Shown in pieces: positions 10,352 through 21,906 of a stretch of DNA of 64,000 nt (its first letter is position 1; every line of letters starts with the position of its first letter). Made by a program: the position numbers and the translations under genes. The DNA comes from an uncultured Alphaproteobacteria bacterium (GTDB lineage: Bacteria; Pseudomonadota; Alphaproteobacteria; HIMB59), in the NCBI GenBank assembly GCA_902521795.1, contig CABYSX010000007.1, forward strand, positions 297-64,296, given 5' to 3'. Below the pieces are notes generated by a model. That model was not told the origin of the DNA. It did no database searches and was given only the letters and a program-made list of their open reading frames with translations.

Positions 10352-10933
10352 ATGCAAATTGAAACACTTAATCCAATAAAAATTAAAGTATCTGGATCAG
10401 AAAGATTTGATTTTTTACAAAATATTATTACCAACGACTTGAATAAATTAGAGAAAGAGTTGTTCAGTTATATACTTACCCCTCAAGGAAAGATTCTATA
10501 TGAAATAAAAATTACTAATTCAAAGGAATCTTATGATTTAGTTTGTACAAATGATCAAAATGATTTAGCCACTTATTTAAAAAAATATGCATTATTATCT
10601 GATGTAAATCTTCATATTGAAAATATTGATGCTAATGAATACGACGAAAAATATATCCTAAATCAACTATCATCTGGTAATATTGATGCTAACCTCCTTA
10701 AACACTCCTCTTTGCTCCCATCAGAAATCAATGATGAATTAGTGGATTATTCGAAGGGATGCTTTGTAGGACAAGAGGTGGTTTCAAGAATAAAGCATCG
10801 ACAACTAAATAAAAAAAAAGTTACAGTCAAATTATTTGAACAAAAACCACAAAATCTCCCTAATAATTTTGAAATATTATTTCAATTAAATAATTATTTT
10901 ATTTTAAGAGAACCCGTGGTTCTTAAAAAATAA
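10352..10933 (+). CDS. ygfZ: YgfZ-type folate-binding Fe-S repair protein (short form)
   Basis: FLQNIITND, LTPQGK, signature KGCFVGQE. Confidence 0.85.
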   Translation: MQIETLNPIKIKVSGSERFDFLQNIITNDLNKLEKELFSYILTPQGKILYEIKITNSKESYDLVCTNDQNDLATYLKKYALLSDVNLHIENIDANEYDEKYILNQLSSGNIDANLLKHSSLLPSEINDELVDYSKGCFVGQEVVSRIKHRQLNKKKVTVKLFEQKPQNLPNNFEILFQLNNYFILREPVVLKK

Positions 10934-10934
10934 A

Positions 10935-12302
10935 TTACTTAATATATTTAGAGTAATAGTTTGTAACTTCAGATAAAGATACTTTTTCTTGTTTCATTGT
11001 ATCTCTGTCGCGAATTGTAACTGTCTGATTTTCAAGAGTTTCAAAATCAATTGTGATACATAAAGGCGTTCCTATTTCATCATGTCTACGATAATTTTTG
11101 CCAATATTTCCAGTATTTTCAACCATAACTCTTCCTAAACCAAGTGATTGAAGTTCTGATTTAACATTATTAGCAATGTTAACCAAATCAGAGTTATTTC
11201 TTTTTAGTGGGATTACGGCTGCTTTGATTGGCGATAAATGAGATTTAAGCTTAAGCAAAGTTCTTTTGTTAGCTTCCTCAATAGTATAAGCCTCATTCAA
11301 AACAGCCAAAACACCTCTTTCTACTCCTGCAGAAGGTTCTATAACAAAAGGTATAAACCATTCTTTATTTTCCAAATCTTGAATAGCTAATTTTGTTGTA
11401 GAGTTTTTATTTTCTTGAATATTAGCTTTAATATTAAAATCTTTTTGATTTTTAGAGTGAGATCCTAAGTCAAAATCAGTTCTATTAGCAATACCCTCAA
11501 GTTCTTCAAGACCATGTGGGAAGTCGTACATAATGTCGAATGTAGCTTTTGAATAGTGAGATAAATCTTTTTTCTCGACTTCAAGTAATTTTAATTTTTC
11601 TGATTTGACTCCTTGTTCAGCCCACCAATTTAAACGTTTATCTAACCAATATTTATGCCAATCTTCATCAGAACCAGGTTTGACAAAATACTCAAGCTCC
11701 ATTTGCTCAAACTCTCTAACCCTAAAAATAAAGTTTCTTGGTGTAATTTCATTTCTAAATGCTTTTCCAATTTGAGCTATACCAAAAGGAGGCACTCTAC
11801 TAGTAGAGTCAACAACATTTTTGAAGTTTACAAAAATCTGTTGAGCTGTCTCAGGTCTTAAATATGCAAATGAGCTACCATCATCAACTGGTCCTATTGC
11901 AGTTTTGAACATTAAATTAAATGGTCTTGCTTCAGTTAAATCCTTGGATTTACAATTAGTTAAGGACCCGCCTCTAGGGCACTCACTATTTTCTAATTGG
12001 TCTGCTCTAAATCTTGCCTTGCAGACCTTGCAATCAACTAATGGATCAGAGAATGTATCCATATGACCGGAATATTTCAAAACAGTGGGTGAAGTTAAAA
12101 TAGTGGAGTCGAGTCCTTCAACATCATCTCTTTCGTAGACCATTGATTTCCACCATGCTGATTTTAAATTTAGTTTAAGCTCTACACCCATAGGACCAAA
12201 GTCATATAGGCCTTTCATGCCTCCATAAATGTCATTAGATGGGAAAATAAAACCCCTTCTCTTACATAAAGATACTAGGTCTTCCATATTATCTGCAGTC
12301 AT
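10935..12302 (-). CDS. glyQS: Glycyl-tRNA synthetase, homodimeric (alpha2) type
   Basis: [46 protein letters not shown], anticodon-binding C-terminus (DEIGTP). Confidence 0.93.
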   Translation of the reverse strand: MTADNMEDLVSLCKRRGFIFPSNDIYGGMKGLYDFGPMGVELKLNLKSAWWKSMVYERDDVEGLDSTILTSPTVLKYSGHMDTFSDPLVDCKVCKARFRADQLENSECPRGGSLTNCKSKDLTEARPFNLMFKTAIGPVDDGSSFAYLRPETAQQIFVNFKNVVDSTSRVPPFGIAQIGKAFRNEITPRNFIFRVREFEQMELEYFVKPGSDEDWHKYWLDKRLNWWAEQGVKSEKLKLLEVEKKDLSHYSKATFDIMYDFPHGLEELEGIANRTDFDLGSHSKNQKDFNIKANIQENKNSTTKLAIQDLENKEWFIPFVIEPSAGVERGVLAVLNEAYTIEEANKRTLLKLKSHLSPIKAAVIPLKRNNSDLVNIANNVKSELQSLGLGRVMVENTGNIGKNYRRHDEIGTPLCITIDFETLENQTVTIRDRDTMKQEKVSLSEVTNYYSKYIK

Positions 12303-12305
12303 TTA

Positions 12306-13100
12306 TCAGATACCAAATTTATTAAAAAGAAGTTCTTCTTTTGCTTTAGTAATTAAATCTTCACTATTAAAAGAATTTATACCAAGTCCTAACTTTTGTT
12401 TTAAAGACTTTGGTTGTTTGATTTTCTTAATTTTTGTCTTTTCACCGAATTTACTTTTGAAAAAAGCTGACTCAGATGTAATTCCATCAATTAAACCCAA
12501 ATCTTTTGCTTCATTAGCTAACCAAAAAGATCCTGAAAATATTATTTTTTTATTTTTATCATTAAGTTTCTTCTTTCTTCTTGAAGAAACCCAATCAATA
12601 AAGTTTTGATGAATTAATTTTTGAAGTTTAATTAATTTATCTTCGTCTTTTTTATTAACTTTTTGAAATGGATCTAAAAAACTTTTATTCTCCCCTGCGG
12701 TAAATATTCTTCTCTCTACTCCAATTTTTTTTATTAAATCAGTAAATCCAAACCCACCAGAAATAACTCCTATTGAACCAACTATTGAATTAACATCTGC
12801 GTAAATTTCATCGGCGGCACATGCAAGCCAATACCCTCCAGAAGCAGCAACATCTTCAACAAAACAGTAGCACTTAACTTTTTTCTTAGCTGAAATTTCT
12901 ATTATTTTTTGAGCTATCAAAGATGATTGTACAGGCGAACCTCCAGGAGAATTAATAACAATAGAAAGTGCATTAAATTTTATTTTCATTAATTTTGAAA
13001 ATAGACCATTTAAATTATCCATATTCAGTGGGGCCCTACTTCCAGATGCAATCATTCCCTTTAGGTCAATTGAAACTATTGTCTTTTGTGAACTAAACAT
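12306..13100 (-). CDS. S49 family peptidase (SppA/SohB-like)
   Basis: INSPGGSPVQS, DVAASGGYWLA, SIVGSIGV. Confidence 0.9.
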   Translation of the reverse strand: MFSSQKTIVSIDLKGMIASGSRAPLNMDNLNGLFSKLMKIKFNALSIVINSPGGSPVQSSLIAQKIIEISAKKKVKCYCFVEDVAASGGYWLACAADEIYADVNSIVGSIGVISGGFGFTDLIKKIGVERRIFTAGENKSFLDPFQKVNKKDEDKLIKLQKLIHQNFIDWVSSRRKKKLNDKNKKIIFSGSFWLANEAKDLGLIDGITSESAFFKSKFGEKTKIKKIKQPKSLKQKLGLGINSFNSEDLITKAKEELLFNKFGI

Positions 13101-13807
13101 TATTTAAACCAATTTTCTATATCTTTAGAATAATTTGACAAATCATCGTGGATTATAATTGCATTTAATGTTTTCTCTATAAAATAATGACTTTTAGTGA
13201 TTTTTAAGAGAACATTTTTAGGTTTTGAGTCTTTAAAAGATAATAAAGGGGTTGTTGTTACTTCTAAATTAAAATTTTTGAAAATATCTAACATAAAATC
13301 ACTATTTTCATATCTATTTATTATAAATGCAGTTCCATCTGTTTTTAAATATAAGATTAAATTATTCAGCCATTTTTCTAAATCTGACTCAGATATGTAC
13401 TTTGATGAGTTTATTGAAGGATCTTGTGACTGAATAACTTTATTTTCAAAATAAAAAGGTGGATTAGATAAAATTAAGTCAAAATAGTTTTCATAATAAG
13501 TATTAAAGATACAATTGTCTTGTATCTTGAATTTCAAATTCTCTAAATTATTTTGTTTATGATTTAAAATTGCAACTTGATGATGAATTTTATTTTTCTC
13601 AAAGCCAATAACTTCTGACTCAGGATTTCTATGGGCAACTATTAGCGATATTGAACCACATCCCGACCCCATATCTAATATTTTATTATATTTTTTTTTG
13701 CAGTGGGCAGCTAAAATAATTGGCTCAATGCCACTCCTATAACCTTTTTTTAATTGATGGTATACAATTTTACCATCTAGTAGATAATCTCTAGAGTATA
13801 AATTCAT
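13100..13807 (-). CDS. tRNA1(Val) A37 N6-methyltransferase-like (TrmN6/YfiC)
   Basis: LDMGSGCG SAM motif and NPPF; usual position between ispB and the S49 peptidase. Confidence 0.75.
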   Translation of the reverse strand: MNLYSRDYLLDGKIVYHQLKKGYRSGIEPIILAAHCKKKYNKILDMGSGCGSISLIVAHRNPESEVIGFEKNKIHHQVAILNHKQNNLENLKFKIQDNCIFNTYYENYFDLILSNPPFYFENKVIQSQDPSINSSKYISESDLEKWLNNLILYLKTDGTAFIINRYENSDFMLDIFKNFNLEVTTTPLLSFKDSKPKNVLLKITKSHYFIEKTLNAIIIHDDLSNYSKDIENWFK

Positions 13808-13812
13808 AGCAA

Positions 13813-14811
13813 ATGAAAAAAAATAATTTTGAACAAACTATCAAATTAATTCATAAAGAAATTAATGTAAAGTTAGTTAAAACTAATAATGAACTTGATA
13901 AATTTTTATCAAGTAGTGTCACAATTATTCCAAAATTAGGAAATTATTTCTTTAAAAAAAGAGGTAAACAATTACGCCCAGTATTATGTTTATTATCAAG
14001 TAAAATGATCAATAAAAATTATTCAAAAATATCAAGTGATATTTTTATGTCTACTGCAATTGAATTTATACATGGGGCAACCCTACTTCATGACGATGTG
14101 ATAGATGAGGGTAAAATAAGACGTGGGCAAAAGAGTATTAATTCAATATGGAATAATAAGTTTAGTGTTTTATTTGGGGATTTTTTATTTTCAAAATCAT
14201 TTCAATTAATGACGAAGGCGAAATCTTTGGAAGCGATGGCTTCACTTGCGCAAGTAAGTAGTAAGATTTCTGAGGGTGAGTTTATGCAACTTACACATGA
14301 GAATAATACTCAAATATCCGAAAAGGAATATATTAAAATCATATCTTTAAAAACTGCTGAATTATTTGCTGCCGCAATGAAGATACCTGCTATTTTATCT
14401 GGTAAAAATTCCAAAATAATTTCAAATTTAAATAATTTAGGTTTGTATTTTGGTATTATCTTTCAAATCATGGATGATTATCTTGATTATTTTGGGGAAA
14501 AAGTAACTGGGAAGGAAAATGGTAAAGATTTTTATGAAGGAAAAATCACTTTGCCAATCATTTTACTTTTAAAAAAATCTTCAATTAAAGAAATTCGCTT
14601 TATAAAAAAGATATTTAATAAAATTAAAAGGTCTAAGAGTGAGTATATTGAACTAATGAAATTAATGGAAAAATATAAAATTAAAGATGATGTAAAAAAA
14701 TTCTCTCAAAAATATAATAGTCAATCATTGAAAATATTAACTTCTTTCGAAGGCTATCAAAAAGAGCTTTTTGTAGATTTGTTAAGTAGTTCTATCAATA
14801 GAACCCATTAA
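13813..14811 (+). CDS. ispB: Long-chain polyprenyl diphosphate synthase
   Basis: GKQLRP, LLHDDVID, FQIMDDYLD, GKITLP. Confidence 0.9.
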   Translation: MKKNNFEQTIKLIHKEINVKLVKTNNELDKFLSSSVTIIPKLGNYFFKKRGKQLRPVLCLLSSKMINKNYSKISSDIFMSTAIEFIHGATLLHDDVIDEGKIRRGQKSINSIWNNKFSVLFGDFLFSKSFQLMTKAKSLEAMASLAQVSSKISEGEFMQLTHENNTQISEKEYIKIISLKTAELFAAAMKIPAILSGKNSKIISNLNNLGLYFGIIFQIMDDYLDYFGEKVTGKENGKDFYEGKITLPIILLLKKSSIKEIRFIKKIFNKIKRSKSEYIELMKLMEKYKIKDDVKKFSQKYNSQSLKILTSFEGYQKELFVDLLSSSINRTH

Positions 14812-15596
14812 TCATACCTAAACTTTTTATTTGGGAATTTGTTATTGTTCACTTCATTGGAATATTTATTTACAGCAACCCTGATATTTTTGGATAAATC
14901 AGCATATTTTTTTACAAATTTAGGATGATTATCTCTAAAGATTCCTAACATATCTTCAGATACCAGTATTTGACCATTACAATACTCAGAGGCACCAATT
15001 CCTATTGTGGGTATAGATAGTGTTTTGGTGACCTCTTTTGCAATATTCGTTAGCATTCCCTCCAATAATATAGATACAGCTCCTGACTTTTCTAAACACA
15101 TTGAGTCAGAAATTATATTATCTAAGTCCCTCTTGTCTTTTCCATAAATTTTAAATTTTTTAGAAGAGCTAAATTTCTGCGGCTGTAAACCTAAATGCGC
15201 CATTACTGGAACTTTTTTTTTACTTAAATACTTTATAACATCTTTTAATTCAGTATTTCCCTCTATCTTTACACCATCACAAGAAGTCTTTTTCATAATA
15301 CTTAAAACCCGTTTGACAATTTTGGACTCATTAAAATCTTTATTATAAGGAAGATCAAAAAATACTAAGGATTTATCTGCACCTTTTTTTACAGCGGTTG
15401 CATGATTAACCATTATTTGATCATCTACAGATCTAGTAGAATCCATACCATAAAGGACATTACCCATAGAGTCGCCAACCAGTACCACATCAACTAAATC
15501 ATCAATAATTTTTGTAAAGTTGTAGCTATATGATGTTAAACAAATAATTTTTTTTTTGTTTTTTTTATTAAATACTGATTTAATTGATCTTTTCAT
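14808..15596 (-). CDS. panB: 3-methyl-2-oxobutanoate hydroxymethyltransferase
   Basis: LVGDSMG, VKIEG, HLGLQPQ, IGIGA, GQILV. Confidence 0.93.
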   Translation of the reverse strand: MKRSIKSVFNKKNKKKIICLTSYSYNFTKIIDDLVDVVLVGDSMGNVLYGMDSTRSVDDQIMVNHATAVKKGADKSLVFFDLPYNKDFNESKIVKRVLSIMKKTSCDGVKIEGNTELKDVIKYLSKKKVPVMAHLGLQPQKFSSSKKFKIYGKDKRDLDNIISDSMCLEKSGAVSILLEGMLTNIAKEVTKTLSIPTIGIGASEYCNGQILVSEDMLGIFRDNHPKFVKKYADLSKNIRVAVNKYSNEVNNNKFPNKKFRYD

Positions 15597-16113
15597 GATA
15601 GATAGTTTAAAAAGTATTCGAATTATAAAAGACTTTCCAAAAAAAGGTATCGCTTTTTATGATATTTCAACAATCTTATCAAACCCCAAAGTGTTTAATA
15701 ATGTAGTAGACTTAATGTCCAAGGAGGTAATTAAATTAAATGCGAGTACTGTAGTTGGAATAGACTCAAGAGGGTTTATATTTGCCTCAGCTGTAGCTTA
15801 CAAATTAAAAAAAAAATTAGTCATGATAAGAAAGAAAGGGAAACTTCCAGGAAAAACATATGCTACAAGCTACAAACTTGAATATGGTTCTAATCAGTTA
15901 GAAATACAAAGCGATATGATAAAAAGTTCTGACAAAGTTGTAATTATTGATGATATTTTTGCTACAAGCGGAACTATCAAAGCTTCAATGAAATTAATCA
16001 ATAAAACAAAAGCTAAAATCAAAGGGATAGTTGTTTTACTAGAATTAAGCTTTCTTAACGGAAGATCTAAAATTAAGCCAAGATTAATAAGTTTAAATAA
16101 AGTTAATACTTAG
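15595..16113 (+). CDS. apt: Adenine phosphoribosyltransferase
   Basis: DFPKKGIAFYDI, SRGF, RKKGKLP, LEYG, IIDDIFATSGT; start taken at ATG 15595. Confidence 0.92.
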   Translation: MIDSLKSIRIIKDFPKKGIAFYDISTILSNPKVFNNVVDLMSKEVIKLNASTVVGIDSRGFIFASAVAYKLKKKLVMIRKKGKLPGKTYATSYKLEYGSNQLEIQSDMIKSSDKVVIIDDIFATSGTIKASMKLINKTKAKIKGIVVLLELSFLNGRSKIKPRLISLNKVNT

Positions 16114-16492
16114 AGTACTCTTTTTCTTCAGTTATCTTTGAGTCGGATAAAAGATTAATCTCTTTTTTTATAGAAGCTCTGATATCATTTTTAAAATGGA
16201 CATCTCTTGAAATTTTAATAAAACTCTCACCAAAGTCTTTATTAGCTTCATACTCTCTTTTAATATTTTCTATATCCCATAGTTCTTCATTTATTTCCTG
16301 CAGTTTTTGGACATTTTTATTTAGAGCCTCTTTATTATCTAAGATAATTTTATTACTTTGCTCAATTAAAACCTCTAATTCTGTTTTAATATTTTTCAAT
16401 TTTTCAGGATCGTTAATTTTTTTTAGTTTAATATTTAATATAGTAATTTTATCAAACAGTTCTCCAACAGAAATTTCAGCTAATATTTTCAA
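16103..16492 (-). CDS. Conserved protein, DUF6165-like
   Basis: ISVGELFDKITIL, NEELWDIE, NDIRASIKKEIN, EEKEY (family recalled). Confidence 0.7.
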   Translation of the reverse strand: MKILAEISVGELFDKITILNIKLKKINDPEKLKNIKTELEVLIEQSNKIILDNKEALNKNVQKLQEINEELWDIENIKREYEANKDFGESFIKISRDVHFKNDIRASIKKEINLLSDSKITEEKEYSKY

Positions 16493-16839
16493 TTTTTTCT
16501 ACCATAAATATCTGAATATCTTTTAATGTCTGTTTCTAAAAATTTACTTCCTGTTTGAACCTCAATTAAAACTAATTTCTTTTTAGAACTCTCATTTAAT
16601 ACTCTATGTTTTGATTTTTTTGGTATAAATATATTTTCATTTTCTGACTTATAAAATGTGCGGTTATTGATAATAACTGTTGCTTTACCATCGATAATAA
16701 TCCAATGTTCCGATCTAAAATTGTGAGATTGGTAGGATAAAACACCCTCAGGTTTAACTATAATTTTCTTTACTAAAAAATCTTTTGATTTACTAAGGAC
16801 AACGTATGATCCCCAAGGTTTTTTGATAGATTTTGTCAT
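16489..16839 (-). CDS. Stand-alone type II phosphomannose isomerase C-terminal cupin
   Basis: KPWGSY, LSYQSH..RSEHW, HR, IEVQTG, DIKR..DIYGR. Confidence 0.82.
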   Translation of the reverse strand: MTKSIKKPWGSYVVLSKSKDFLVKKIIVKPEGVLSYQSHNFRSEHWIIIDGKATVIINNRTFYKSENENIFIPKKSKHRVLNESSKKKLVLIEVQTGSKFLETDIKRYSDIYGRKN

Positions 16840-17939
16840 GAGAACATTCTCTTTTTTTCGTTGATAGACATAAAATTTAACAATAGTGCACAAATAATTA
16901 AATTACTCAACAAAGAACTTCCTCCATAAGACATAAATGGTAAAGCTACTCCAACCACTGGCAAGATCCCAATTGTCATGGATATATTTATTAGAAATTC
17001 GAAAAAAATTTTAAAGGATAAAACAAACAAGATTATTTTATTAAATGCTTGGGTCAGTTTGAATGTCTTTAAAACGGGTATTAAAAACATGATAAAAAAT
17101 AATGAAATCAACAAAATTGATCCTGTAAAACCAAACTGTTCAGAAAAAATTGCGAAAACAAAATCTGTCTCTTTTTCAGGAAGAAAATCTAAACTGCTTT
17201 GTGAACCCTCAAGAAAACCATTTCCTTTTAACCCACCTGAACCTATTGCAATCTTAGACTGAATAATATGATACCCCCTTCCAAGTGGATCCAAATCAGG
17301 GTTTAGAAAAATTTGTATTCTATTTTGTTGGTAGGGCTTTAAAAAAGTCCATAAAATTGGGCTTATCGATAAAACGATACCTATTGATATTAAGGGATAA
17401 ATTAATTTAATTCCTGCATAAAAAATAACAACTAGGCCCAATGCTAAAATAATTACAGCAGTGCCTAAATCAGGCTGAATAGCTACCAAAATAAAAAAAA
17501 TTACCGATACAATGAGAGGTAATATTGATTTAAAAAGACCTATAGTTTTTTCTGCATTTAATTTATGAAAATATTTAGCCATAAATATAACTAAAGCTAT
17601 TTTAGTAAATTCTGATACTTGTAAATTAAAACCAGCAATTCTTATCCATCTCGTAGCTCCCATTCCTGTGTACCCGAAAATTAATGTAGTTATTAATCCA
17701 ATCAAAACTAAAATTAAAAAAATCTCTGCAAAATTAAAAATAAACTTTGGCTCCAACATGATAACTAGAAAAAAAAAAGGGAGAAAAAATAAAAATCTTA
17801 TTAATTGGTTTGATGCCCATGGATCAAGAGAACCGCCAGCAGCTGAATAAAGATTGATCTCTCCAATCCAAAAAATTATCAAAAGGATAAAAATATAAAT
17901 CCAATTTAAATTAAATATGCTTTTAAATTCTTTAAACAT
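16836..17939 (-). CDS. rodA: SEDS peptidoglycan polymerase RodA
   Basis: GATRWI, QPDLGT, GYHIIQSKIAIGSGG, LPEKETDF, SYGGSS; follows mrdA. Confidence 0.93.
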   Translation of the reverse strand: MFKEFKSIFNLNWIYIFILLIIFWIGEINLYSAAGGSLDPWASNQLIRFLFFLPFFFLVIMLEPKFIFNFAEIFLILVLIGLITTLIFGYTGMGATRWIRIAGFNLQVSEFTKIALVIFMAKYFHKLNAEKTIGLFKSILPLIVSVIFFILVAIQPDLGTAVIILALGLVVIFYAGIKLIYPLISIGIVLSISPILWTFLKPYQQNRIQIFLNPDLDPLGRGYHIIQSKIAIGSGGLKGNGFLEGSQSSLDFLPEKETDFVFAIFSEQFGFTGSILLISLFFIMFLIPVLKTFKLTQAFNKIILFVLSFKIFFEFLINISMTIGILPVVGVALPFMSYGGSSLLSNLIICALLLNFMSINEKKRMFS

Positions 17940-19704
17940 TGTTTTTGAAAGCAAAATCAAGGATCTTATGGGCAATGGGAGCAGCTACCGCTGATCCAGA
18001 TCCACCATTTTCTATAATAACTGAAGCTACATATTTTGGTTTATCATAAGGGGCATATCCTACAAATACTGAATGGTCTTTAAATCTTTCTTCTATTTCC
18101 TTTGATTTATACTGATCGTCCTCCCTTTCACTCTCTTTAATTCTTACTACTTGAGAAGTACCCGTTTTACCTCCTATTTTTACAAATTCTGGATTAGAAA
18201 TACTCAATTTATGTGCTGTTCCTTTTGGCTCTTGCACAACAGCATTAAGGGAATTAACTATAATTTTTTGATGCTCATTATTTAATAATTTACCAGTAAA
18301 TTTTGTGGGAGTATTTTTATCAAGTTTAGGTATTGGATATTTTCCTCCATTTAATAGAGCAGAATAAAGTGTTGCAAGCTGTAACGGAGATGTTTGGTTG
18401 TATCCTTGTCCAATACACGTAATTAATGTTTCACCTTGATACCAACTCTCTTCTAAATACGCTTTTTTCCATTTCTTACTCGGGACAAGTCCTTTACCTA
18501 TATTTGATAAACCAATATCGTACTCTTTGTTTAAACCTAAATTACTAGATAGACTTGCAATATCATCAATATTTGTTTTTTTAGCTAATTCATAAAAATA
18601 TACATCACAAGACTCTTTTATGGCTTTTTTAAGATTAACTTTTCCATGGCCTTTTTTTTTCCAACAGTAATAATTCCTATCACCAAGTGAGGAATGCCCT
18701 TTGCAAAAGACCACTTTTTGAGGGTCTATTAGATTACGTTGAAGACCAACTAAAGCTGAAATAGGTTTAAACACCGAACCTGGAGGATAAAAACCAGAAA
18801 AAGCACGATTGAAAAGTGGTTTTTGGTCATCATTTAGCAGATCTTGAATTTTATTATTTTGTCTATCCTCAAAGATTTGTGCATCAAAAGTAGGATTGGA
18901 ATTCATCGACAAGATTGATCCATCTGAAACACTGATAACAACAATAGATCCTTTTTTATTTCTTGGAAGTTGTGATTGTGCATAATTTTGAAGGCTTAAA
19001 TCTAATGTTAAGTCTAAATCGTTACCTTTAATGGATTTTTCAATAGATATTTCTCTTATAGTTTTGCCTTTAGCGTTTACCTCGCTAAATATTTTACCTG
19101 GTGTACCCTTTAAATGTTTTTCATAACTTTTTTCTAAATGAAAAACACCTTTAGAGTAAAGTTCAAAAGATTGAGTAGGTTGTCCCATATAGCCAATTAT
19201 CTGTGAAAAATTTTGATATGGATAAAATCTTTTTTTGGACTCAATAATTTTAATAGAATTAAATAAAAATTTATTTTTTTCAAATTCTACTATCTGCTCC
19301 CATGAAGCTCTACTTAAACTAAAACCAGAGTATTCATTATATTTTTTTAATCGTTTTGAAATTTCTTCAAAATTTAAATTTAGGCTTATAAGACTATCTA
19401 GTTTTTTAATTTCCTGAAAATGATCTTTACTTAAATTTTTAAACACTACAAATTCATATAATGAAGAACTTCCAGCTATTAAGTTTTTTTTAGAATCATA
19501 AATATCTCCCCTTAAGGGGGGTGTTAATTTTATAGAAAGTTTATTTTCAACTGATTTTTTTTTGTAAAAGTTAAAGTTGATAACTTGTAATGAAAATAAT
19601 CTCAAAGAAACTATGAATGATAAAATAGCACCAACTATAATTATGATAAATGATCTTCTATTTAATATTTTTATACTATCTTCACTAGTCTTATTCTTTT
19701 CCAT
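17932..19704 (-). CDS. mrdA: Penicillin-binding protein 2
   Basis: PGSVFK (SxxK), SCDVYFY, GKTGTSQ. Confidence 0.93.
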   Translation of the reverse strand: MEKNKTSEDSIKILNRRSFIIIIVGAILSFIVSLRLFSLQVINFNFYKKKSVENKLSIKLTPPLRGDIYDSKKNLIAGSSSLYEFVVFKNLSKDHFQEIKKLDSLISLNLNFEEISKRLKKYNEYSGFSLSRASWEQIVEFEKNKFLFNSIKIIESKKRFYPYQNFSQIIGYMGQPTQSFELYSKGVFHLEKSYEKHLKGTPGKIFSEVNAKGKTIREISIEKSIKGNDLDLTLDLSLQNYAQSQLPRNKKGSIVVISVSDGSILSMNSNPTFDAQIFEDRQNNKIQDLLNDDQKPLFNRAFSGFYPPGSVFKPISALVGLQRNLIDPQKVVFCKGHSSLGDRNYYCWKKKGHGKVNLKKAIKESCDVYFYELAKKTNIDDIASLSSNLGLNKEYDIGLSNIGKGLVPSKKWKKAYLEESWYQGETLITCIGQGYNQTSPLQLATLYSALLNGGKYPIPKLDKNTPTKFTGKLLNNEHQKIIVNSLNAVVQEPKGTAHKLSISNPEFVKIGGKTGTSQVVRIKESEREDDQYKSKEIEERFKDHSVFVGYAPYDKPKYVASVIIENGGSGSAVAAPIAHKILDFAFKNNV

Positions 19705-20111
19705 AATTTGATAGTCCTAAAAAAACAAAAGTTAAAATTAATATACATAAAAAATATTGTAAATTTGATAATCTAAATACAATAGTTTGGTCAAAAAGAA
19801 AGAAAGTAATGAAGCTAAGTAAAAAAACTATTAATGATTTTATAAATGTAGAGAAATTATAATTATTAATAAAATAATTTAATAGAAGGAGAGGTATAAA
19901 CAAAACCACAATACCTATTAATATCGGCAAACCTACAAAAACCTCTACAACAAAAGTTGATAAAATAAATATAAAAATATCCATAATTTTAATATTTTTT
20001 TCCTTAAGAACTGTAAAAAAAGCTATGTTTATCAATGAAAATATAGCAATATCATTTATAACAAAATTAAAGTTTCCATAGATTAAAAATAAAATTATTA
20101 CAAAAAAAAGT

Positions 20112-20119
<8 letters not shown>
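19691..20119 (-). CDS. Putative, highly diverged MreD
   Basis: Hydrophobic 142 aa protein between mreC and mrdA; position only. Confidence 0.55.

Positions 20120-21906
<1,787 letters not shown>

Noticed and set aside
9405-17975. Longest-ORF starts for GT9 (10367), apt (15556), cupin (16893) and rodA (17975)
   Set aside because: They create long overlaps with neighbours; downstream ATGs fit the family N-termini better
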